Positions 54,138 to 64,000 of a stretch of 64,000 nucleotides of DNA are shown here, piece after piece. Made by a program: the position numbers and the translations under genes. Under the pieces are notes generated by a model. The model was not told the origin of the DNA, did no database searches, and saw only the letters and a list, made by a program, of their open reading frames with translations. This DNA comes from Eledone cirrhosa (lineage: Eukaryota), in the NCBI GenBank assembly GCA_964016885.1, contig OZ024743.1, positions 318,680,001 through 318,744,000 on the forward strand, in the 5' to 3' direction. Numbering within the stretch: the first letter of the stretch is position 1; every line of letters begins with the position of its first letter.

Positions 54138-55812
54138 TACCCTTTGGATCCAAACCACATAAAATTACTTCCGGTTTTGTGGTAAAATACTGTTTGTTTC
54201 AAAGTGTATTTATTGAAAAATCTAATATAATTGAATGTAACAGCCTTTGTTAAATTATGTTCCAAACACTATCAATACTGAAAACTTCAGTTTTATTAGA
54301 TTATCTTGATTATCTAAAAAATATATTTGAAAATAATAGGGAATGTCTTTCATAAGAAATATGTTAAAGAAAGGGATAAGCATATGGCTTTCACCACCAA
54401 AGTATACACATATGCAAACACACACACAAGCATTTATACATAAAATATAAGTTTAAATATTTATTTAACCTTGATAATAATCAGATTATAGTGAACTACA
54501 TGACTCCTTTGATCTAAGGGCATCCCTCCATGGTTCTCTCTCAGTTTTATTGAGTACAGAGGATGGTGAAATGGAAGAGGTTTGACATTCATATAAATAT
54601 ATCCAAGGGTATTGGAAGAGTACATTGAATTCTGGCTTCATAGACATGATTAACCAGAATGTAATCACCTTGACTGCTTTGCTGTGCTCACCCACAGACA
54701 CAGATGAACAAACACACTCACATAATTTGGATGTGGATGGTGTAGATTATGAAACAGTTGTAGTCACTGTAGATAGTAAGTATTGTTTATTATTATACAG
54801 AAACTATATAATATGACATCTATAGCTCGATAAAGTCTGTCTTCCCCATACTAGTAGTTGGTACTGCTCAATGGTTGGTTTATGGAATTTAAGAGTCAGG
54901 AAATTTAAGGATCAGGTTGTCTGAGATCTAGTTTATAGGAGTTTGTAGTTGGCTTTGTGTGTGTAGTAAAGTTATGACAGGGAAATCTGCAGATATGAAA
55001 TACAGACCCCCTCCCCCAATAGCAATAACACCATAACTGGAAATAACTATCATGAAAACCATGGGTATTTAAGCCAAATAAGCTGGCTTCTCTGTCTCTT
55101 CTCACCCTGCTGATCTCTAAGACAGTTAACAACCAATCCTTCATTGAAGCAGTCACTGGTCATTAAAGCACTGCTGTAGCTAGGCCAGTAAATCTTCCAT
55201 GTACAAGTCAACATCTTATTTCAACCAATGTTTCCACATTCACTCTCAAATTCCGCATCTTACACTACAATTAGCAACCTGTTAACAAAACACTGCGTTA
55301 TATTAAACCTTTTACATATTCTGTTTGTGTTATATTACTATATGGTCTTGTTGTATACTGTGCTATAAATAAAAATATCAAAATTAGTAGTTTTGTAAAC
55401 AATCTATTTTTAGAACTGTTGAGCAATAGGAAGTATCAAAAGAAGCATCAATGTTGTTTGACTATGAAAAATAGGTCAATAAATTGGATATATAAACCCT
55501 GGAGATGGAAATAAATTGTACAGTACTGCCCGTGGGACAATGGTATGTCTCAATTCATCTTGCTCCTGATCTTTTGTGAACACCTCACCCCACATCGAGT
55601 ACAACACCTTGACCAACAAACACAGCAACCAATCACATAATGTTAACCACCAACACACCAATAACTTTTCTGTTAAATTGGTGGCCCAGCAGAACTCCCA
55701 AATATTTCATCTTAGAAATAAGCAAAAAGAAAGATTCTGTCAGTGTAGAAGACTTTAAAACAGGCCAAGTGGAATTGGACGAATCTTTACTGACATGATT
55801 CAAACACCAACA

Positions 55813-55956
55813 TGAGGGTCGGCCGAAAAGTTCATAGGCTGACTATGAAGGATTGATGTTAGAGCTGTGAAATCTTGCACATTAATTTAAACTCTTCTTA
55901 TCAATAACTGCACTGAATACCTTGGTCAGCCTATGAACTTTTCAGCTGACTCTCAT
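55813..55956. mobile_element. mariner-type MITE (no hAT insertion)
   Basis: Same TIRs as 46130-46830; single ATTTAAAC site. Confidence 0.8.
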
Positions 55957-56537
55957 TTGTATATATTAGTAAATAGTTATAAATAAATACACATAGACAG
56001 ATATATACACAAAAAATTATATACGTATAAACATACACATAATGGTGTGTGTGTGTGTGTATATATATACACACAAACATATATTTATACATACTTGCAT
56101 ACTTACAGCTTATATGTACACACATACACACACACATATATATATGATACTGTTTATTTATTTAGGAGCTATTTGTAAGTTCAATCCTCACCTGGTTACG
56201 ATAGAGATATCAGAATATACACATACACACACATACATACACAAACTCACATATACACATACATACAAATACATCCTCTCACATACTCATACAAATACAC
56301 AAACATATACACAAATACATATACATATATACACATATATAGACACACCTACATACATTATTTGTGGTTAGCTGCTTCAGTAATCGGCTTCACTTATTGA
56401 CACACTAAGGCTTTTAGACTTCACTGATCTGTACGGAATCAGTGTTTATAGAACCAACAGACACACACTCACCACATGTATACTGATATATAGATACACC
56501 CATACATACATATATACACAGACTAATAAGGCCACAA

Positions 56538-56600
<63 letters not shown>

Positions 56601-56639
56601 GGGGAGAGAGTGACAGATGAACAGGAGTAATCAACAGCA

Positions 56640-57260
56640 ACTCAAGAAATAAACTCTGCCAAATGTTCAGGGATTCACTGGATGCGGTAGAAAGTCTTTG
56701 CTATCTAGATGATCCCATTAGTAATGTTGATGTTCAGGAAGCTGCTACCTCTGTTGGTAACAAAAAGCTTTTCTCTTAGAGTTAAGGACAGATTATATGA
56801 TGTATGGGTTTGAACTGCAATGCTGCATGGCAGTGAGACATGAGCCTTGGATACAGATTTGCAGTGGCTAAAAAGAAATGGTGTATGCACACATGTCCCA
56901 CTTGATGTAAAGTTAGTGTACATGAATGATAGAACAGAAGTGAACTGAGAGAAGAGTTGAGTATAAGAGGACATGAGTGTAGAATATAAGAGCTATGACT
57001 GTGCTGGTTAGGCCATGTGATATGTAAGGAGAGTGAGAGTTGTATAACAAAGTACTGAGAACTTGAGGTGGATTGAACTTATAGAAGACATGGGATGAAG
57101 TTTAGAAGAACAATCTCAAGAAACTGAACCTCACGAACGATATGACAGGACTGAACTGACTGATAATATGTTATAATACAAAAGACCTGTCGACCAGTAC
57201 CAGCATTGTGACAGAGATGACAATCCATTAAACTCATGCCAGTGAGAAAAGCAGATGTAA
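56640..57260 (+). mobile_element. Highly decayed RTE fragment
   Basis: MLHGSET and LGHV remnants. Confidence 0.65.
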
Positions 57261-57291
57261 ATAATTGTTTCTACTTTTGGCACAAAGTCAT

Positions 57292-57330
<39 letters not shown>

Positions 57331-57839
57331 CACAGACTTATATGCACACCATTTTATAAAGAGATTTTATGCATACTTACATGTATACATACATATTTTT
57401 TCCATGATGATTTTACTCTTTTACTATTTTACCTGTTCCAGCCATCCGACTGAGGCCATCAACATAATCATGATAGTTTCTGACAGACAATGACTTGTAC
57501 TTGATGATGATGATATCTTTATCATCCAAAAATTATGGTAAATGATAATGAAGAGGATAATAATGGTGATGATATTGATGATTACGATGATGATGATGAC
57601 AATCGACAATGATGATAATGATGATGATTCTAATATCTTTACCATTTAAGAATTATGGTAAATATTTTAGCAGGGTTCGTAAGAACATTGAACTTATAAT
57701 ATTTTCATTCTAAACATTTATGACCACCATTTTTCTCAAAATATCTGAACCAAGAAATAATTGACTCCAGCAGATATTTATTCTATGTATCAAAGCACTA
57801 TGGTAAGGCAGTGAGATTGACTGGGAAGAACAGAGTGCA

Positions 57840-58796
57840 TGTGTGTGTATATATATGTATAGGTATACATATATACATATATATATACATATACATATAT
57901 ACATATACACATATATATGTATATATACATATACACATATATATATGTATATACATATACACATATATATGTATATACATATATATGTATATACGTATAT
58001 ACATATATATGTATATACATGTATACATATATATGTATATATATGTCCCACCCTTGCAAGCAGGGAAAAGCGGACGTAAAATGAAATGATGATGATGATG
58101 ATATGTATATACATATATATGTATATATATGTATATACATATATATATAAATACATATATATACACATATATACATATACATATATATATACACATATAT
58201 ACATATATACATATATATACACATATATACATATATACATATATATACACATATATACATATATATGTATATATATATATACACACATATATATATACAT
58301 ATATACATATATATGTATATACATATACACATATATATGTATATATACATATACACATATATATGTATATACATATACACATATATATGTATATACGCAT
58401 ATACATATATATGTATATACATGTATACATATATATGTATATATATGTATATACATATATATGTATATATATGTATATACATATATATGTATATATATGT
58501 ATATACATATATATGAATATACATATATATACACATATATACATTTTTACATATATATGTATATACATATATACATATACATGTATATACATATATACAT
58601 ATATACATATATATGTATATACATATATATGTATATACATATATACACATATATATATATGTATATACATATATACACATATATATATATACATATATAC
58701 GTATATACATATATATGTATATACATATATGTATATACACACACATACTTATGTATATATGCATATATATATATATATATTAATATATAAGCATAT

Positions 58797-58827
<31 letters not shown>

Positions 58828-58830
58828 CAC
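57840..58830. repeat. About 1-kb TA/TACA compound microsatellite with a SINE A tail at 58045-58101
   Basis: Direct inspection. Confidence 0.95.
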
Positions 58831-59728
58831 AACCACACACACATGCACCCCCCTCCCCCCACACACACAGGGAGTATGCTGTGTTGTAGTTGTCTATGTA
58901 ATAACAGTTGTAATAGGACTAAAGTAAATGTGACTTTCTTGTTCAGAAGAGAAAAGTACATCAGCAAACATTTGTATTAACATCTGTAATAGTTACTAAT
59001 TAAATATTAGTCCATATCTGGCTGGGAAGCAACAAAGAAACACACAAAAAATAAAGTAAAAAAGTAAAGTATAAAGCAGTGGGTGGATGTTGTGGTTGTT
59101 TTGGGAGTGTGAGGTCATGTCAGATGTTTGAGAAGGTTAGCATTGAATCTGTTAATTTGTAAAATAGAATAAATGAGCTCAGCTTCTGTACTGACTTAAT
59201 CCAGTCCTTGCTAGTAGGGAAAGTAGATGTTAAATGATGAATATGATGATGATGATGTTTGTGTGTGGATACATGTGTGCATGGTGTGTATATTTATCAT
59301 TATCATCACCATTTAATGTCAATTTTTCCATGCTAGCATGGGTTAGACAAGTTGTCCTGTTGTGCGATAAGCCAGATGACCATGTCTTGCTCATACAGAA
59401 CTGATTTTAGCCTGGTTTCAACAGCTGGATGCCAACTTCATTTACAGTTTGTAGTGGGTGGTTTTTGTTGTGACACACACCTACACGCCTACTTTACAGG
59501 GTGGGCTGAGTGCTTTTTGTCATGACACTTATATGACCATTGTACAGTGTGGCCTGGGCCTTTTATATATATATGTGTGTGTGTTTGTACATGACTGCAT
59601 GTATCTGTGTGTGAGTGTCTGTGTATCTGCATCTTTGATACAACTAGAGGGTTCTTTCAACCCTTTGTTTTGCAAGTTTTCTATGACTGGATGCCCTTCC
59701 TGTCAAATGGTTATATATATATATACGT

Positions 59729-59770
59729 GGCTCTGATGAACGCCAACCAGCGTGAAACAGACTGTCAGCT
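59729..59770 (+). ncRNA. Minimal type I hammerhead ribozyme
   Basis: GGCT-CTGATGA-ACGC caacca GCGT-GAAA-CAG a CT-GTC-AGCT; all core positions intact. Confidence 0.85.
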
Positions 59771-60271
59771 TCTCTCCCTTCTTTCGCTGAAAAGAAGTAA
59801 GTGACGTAGTCACTACTTTAAAACTGATAGTGTATGGTCTTCTAAATGTTTTAAATTAAACATACGGTATATTGCCAAATATACTATACATACATTCATA
59901 TATATATCATCATCATTTTATGTCCATTTTTCCCTGCTTGCAAGAGCAGGTATATATATATATAAGGTAATATGGTAAAGACCCCTTTCAGTCACAAATG
60001 ACCATGGGATATGCTCCTAGAAAGTTCCCCCTCAGTGGCACAAGCCTGGGCAAGGTTCTTTGTGGAAAACCAGCAGTCACCCCTCTCACCACCACTGATG
60101 TTGTCCAAGGGAAAAAATCAAAGACCAATACAGCTTGGCACCAGTGAGATTACAACTTATTTCTACAGCTGAGTGAACTGGAGCAACGTGAAATAAAGTG
60201 TCTTGTTCAAGGACACAACACAGCACCCAATCCAGGAATTCAGCTGTTTCATTTCTATTAAATCATCAGGA

Positions 60272-60320
60272 ACTTCCTGATGATTTCATACAAATGAAAC
60301 AGTTCTAGTCCTGTAGAAGT
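60272..60320 (+). ncRNA. Type I hammerhead ribozyme with inverted partial copy at 60244-60272
   Basis: ACTTC-CTGATGA-(weak stem II)-GAAA-CAG ttctagtc CTG-TA-GAAGT. Confidence 0.7.
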
Positions 60321-61413
60321 CATTTCTATATATAATATAATATATATATAACAGGATGGAGACCCCCCCCCCTCATTGGGCGATGAGGCTCAGGGCTGCA
60401 GCTAATATAGCCCATATGTAAGTAAAACCAGTACTGATACTATGCCACACAATGGAGGATGGAGGCAGGTTTTCTCTAATTCAAATTAAAACTACAGTGA
60501 TATGAGTTTACATGAAACAAATTAATAATCTTCAAATAACATAAAATGTTCTGAGGATTTGTCTTCCATAAATTATAAAATAATAGAGATTTTAAACATA
60601 TTTAATTTCATTTGATCAATTAATAATGTTCCCCTTTATTTACTTCAAATAAAATTTAATTATATGATTATCAAAACATTTGTACATTTTAGCCAAGAGT
60701 ATTTGATAAATTCTGCTATCATAAACTTTAAAACAAACCAGGTTATCCAAGTACTCATCATCATCATCATCATCAACGTTTAACGTCCGTGTTCCACGCT
60801 TGCATGGGTTTGGACGGGGGTTTTCCCACTTGAGGCAAGAGTGATTGTCTTGCTCGCATAGGACTGTCTGGCAGGTTTTCTACAGTTGGATGCCCTTCCT
60901 AACACCAACCACATTTACTATCTTTATTATTACTGACATACACACATATACATGTATACACAATATCATATTCATACACAATCACATATATATATATATA
61001 CACACACACACAGACACATACACACACATACACACACATACATACACACACACACACACATACACATACTCACAAACACAGACAGAACCAGACACACTCA
61101 GAGACAGACACATACAAATATATAAACATATCAGTGGCATCATTAAAACTCAAGGTAAACAGTAAAAGTGGAACGGCTGAATTCCTGAAAATTACTGATG
61201 GATTATATCTGAAAATTCCAGAAATCTTGTGATAGATTACATCTGAAAATTCCAGAGACAGGAATAAATTATTTTACTTTCACAACAGAATAGAAGTCTA
61301 ACATTTTGTACAATTAGAAGTAGTAGATCAATAATGTAGTGTAGGACTAGGACATAAAAAATATGAAGGTGTATTGTGTAAGGATTAAGTCATTAGTAAT
61401 ATGAAGGTGTTTA

Positions 61414-61990
61414 TCTATATATCTAAAACAGAGAATGTCTGTCTGTATGTCTGTCCGATCACTAAAACTCAAGAACCACCCAACCGATTGTTTTCAAACT
61501 TTACACATGTAATACTTATGGTCCTGTGAATGTTTTGAGCAAAAGAAATTTCAAATTTTCAATGCCCTAGGGACCGCATTAGGCGATTTAGCGATATCGC
61601 TCTATAATTCTTAGTCTTTCTCTTTTTAGATAGATACATGGATATAACGTTGCACCCTTATAATATCTGTCTGTATGCCTGGTTGTCTGCATTACGACAT
61701 TATGATGTAGCTGTGTGTGTGTGTGTGTATATATATATAGTGTGTAACGTTTTTCGAAATATTTACTTCTGCGTTCACAGATTGATTTTTTTAGTTTCAG
61801 AAGATCCCGTTAAGACTTAAACTTTAATCTGTTATTTTAATATATAAATTCGTGTACAGATATTTTTGCATATACAATAACAAAATATAAACAAACGTAT
61901 TTATTTCATGAGGCTCGATAAGGATAAATATATATAAAATATATAAGAAACCTAGAGCAAATCCCGAGCAACACCGAGCCATTCTGCTAG
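61414..61990 (+). mobile_element. Non-autonomous Helitron
   Basis: 5' A|TCTATATATC, GTCT repeats, 3' decayed hairpin CCCGAGCAACACCGAG then CTAG|T. Confidence 0.8.
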
Positions 61991-62280
61991 TATATATATA
62001 TCATATATTTATGTTCATACATGGTACAAAATTGCTACCGAGGTTTCAATGTCCAATGTTGACTGTAAGAGGCATCAAATTTGTGACCTAGTCATCGGGC
62101 ATTTGAACGAGTTTGCAGATAATGTTAAAAATATAGCGTGTTAAATGCTTCTTTATGAAAACATATTATAACAAAGGGAAATATATATATGTGTGTGTGT
62201 GTATCCCAGGTTCAATCGGGGGTAACCATAGTAAGTTAGGTACTCAATACATAGAGTATATACAAGATTTATAGATTTAT

Positions 62281-62398
62281 TAGAGAAATGGCTTTTACAG
62301 GACTAGAACTGTTTCATTTGATAGAAATCATCAAGAAAGCTTTCCTGATGATTTCCATTGAATGAAACAGTTCTATTCCAGTAGAAGCCATTTCTATA
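62281..62398. repeat. Palindrome of two decayed hammerheads (family of 60272)
   Basis: Centre AAGCTT; plus arm CTGATGA..GAAACAG with a stem III mismatch; minus arm TTGATGA. Confidence 0.7.
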
Positions 62399-62600
62399 TT
62401 AAATATTATATATATATGATGATGAGGATGATATATATATATATATATACAGGAAGGGCATCCAACTGTAGAAAACCCGCCAGACAGTCCTATGCGAGCA
62501 AGACAACCACTCTTGCCTCAAGTGGGAAAACCCCCGTCCAAACCCATGCAAGCGTGGAACACGGACGCTAAACCTGATGATGATGATGATGATGATGATA

Positions 62601-63052
62601 CTAGCAGAATGGCCCGGCATTGCTCAGGATTCTAAACATAGATTGGCATGTTTATCCCTCCTTTCTGAAACAGTACAGAGAAGTATGGAATACCTCAGCC
62701 TTGTGACCGTCGAATAGCAGATTCCACTGACGATTCGTTTGCCCGCCTTGTTCTTTTTCTTGCCGCTTTTGCAGTATTTCGGCCAATGGAGTATCTCTTC
62801 CTTCGAGGCATGACCTAAAAGCAGGAAGAAGTACACTAAGACTAACTGGTAGAGTAAGGAGTAAACTCGTCAGTAATGGATGTGATTTCCGAACCATTGA
62901 CTATGTAATTGCTGGCCTTGTGTCAAAAGTAGTGTGACTTTTTGGGTGGCATATCGGCAGTAACAATGACGATAAGCTGTCTGTGCTTTCGTGAAATAAA
63001 TACGTTTGTTTATATTTTGTTTTTGTGTATGCAAAAATATCTGTACACGAAT
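62601..63052 (-). mobile_element. Helitron derivative, 5'-truncated, retaining a RepHel-like N-terminus
   Basis: CTAG end at 62601; 62990-63050 is the reverse of 61850-61910; 62811-62695 reads MPRRKRYSIGRNTAKAARKRTRRANESSVESAIRRSQG*. Confidence 0.7.
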
Positions 63053-63203
63053 ATATATATATATATATATATATGGAAAGTTATATTTAAATTGTTGGGT
63101 TACAACTAGTAAATATTTATAACTGATATAAAAGCACTCAACAAGTATTTGGAGTATATTTACGATATTAAATAAATGGAAACTATATTTATAAAACCAT
63201 ATT

Positions 63204-63269
63204 TATTTCATTATATATATTTCAGGGATATCATATTAACAATATGTTATGCCTTCTTCAGACAAAATA
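63204..63269 (-). ncRNA. Type I hammerhead ribozyme (mirror copy)
   Basis: Reverse complement of 63403-63468. Confidence 0.75.
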
Positions 63270-63402
63270 CAATATAGACAGTTTTATAGATAAATAGATT
63301 TGACATACCGTTCAACATCGACTTGTATTTGAAAAAGTTGATTTGGCAGTCAAAAGTTGAACGGTATGTCAAATCTATTTATCTATAAAACTGTCTATAT
63401 TG

Positions 63403-63468
63403 TATTTTGTCTGAAGAAGGCATAACATATTGTTAATATGATATCCCTGAAATATATATAATGAAATA
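63403..63468 (+). ncRNA. Type I hammerhead ribozyme
   Basis: TATTTTGT-CTGAAGA-AGG...CCT-GAAA-TATATA-TA-ATGAAATA; 8-bp stem I (2 G.U), palindromic stem III, AUA site. Confidence 0.75.
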
Positions 63469-63524
63469 AATATGGTTTTATAAATATAGTTTCCATTTAT
63501 TTAATATCGTATATATATATACGA

Positions 63525-64000
63525 TATGCTGATGACCTCGCACTCATAGCTGAATCTATGGTAGAACTAGAGAATAAATTCCAAACCTGGAAGCAGGGAC
63601 TAGAGAGAAAGGGCCTCAAAGTCAACATGACAAAGACTAAGGTCCTTATAAGTAGACGAGAAAACAGAACCCAGATCCCCTCAGGGAAATGGCCTTGCTC
63701 AGTATGTAGGAAAGGTGTAGGTAGGAACTCCATTCTTTGCCCCAAATGCAAACAATGGGTACACAAGAGATGTAGCGGGATCTCAGGAAGCTTAATTAAG
63801 AATGTAGGATTCACATGCAGCAGCTGTGCTGAAACAGCAAGCAAACAGCCACAGGAAACAAGTACCACCAATCTCTGGGAGGGCCCTGTAGAAACAGTAG
63901 ACAGCTTCTGCTACCTAGGTGACCGAATTAGCAACGGAGGTGGGTGCTCAGAAAGTACAATAACTAGGGTAAGAACGGGATGGAAGAAGTTTAGGGAACT
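63525..64000 (+). mobile_element. Young RTE LINE fragment, open frame from YADD to the window end
   Basis: YADDLALIAES...KVNMTKTK...WPCSVCRKGVGRNSILCPKCKQWVHKRCSG...FTCSSC...DSFCYLGD. Confidence 0.95.

Larger units (their letters stand above)
63161..63511. repeat. Inverted repeat, 156-bp arms, 39-bp spacer
   Basis: 63161-63316 is the reverse complement of 63356-63511; no mismatch seen by eye. Confidence 0.95.

Noticed and set aside
55107-55290. Possible minus-strand first coding exon (MLTCTWKIYWPSY...)
   Set aside because: AG/GT sites exist but there is no signal peptide or domain evidence

Overview
Eukaryotic, very AT-rich, repeat-dense DNA. The (TA)n tracts, RTE LINEs with (CAT)n tails and tRNA-derived SINEs suggest a coleoid cephalopod such as Octopus (inference). 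Almost all long ORFs in the track are microsatellite artefacts. The only convincing host coding sequence is two minus-strand exons (10648-10741, 4274-4335) that splice into one EGF-like motif interrupted between Cys4 and Cys5, as in EGFR-ligand genes. The rest is RTE, CRE and Penelope-like retroelement fragments, three SINE families, Tc2/pogo, mariner, hAT and piggyBac MITEs, and Helitrons. The most notable signal is a set of self-cleaving ribozyme motifs. These are a tandem pair of HDV-like ribozymes (53714-53903) and several type I hammerheads in Penelope-like inverted repeats, including a 156-bp-arm palindrome with a complete hammerhead in each arm (63161-63511). All folds and alignments were done by eye, and repeat boundaries are approximate.
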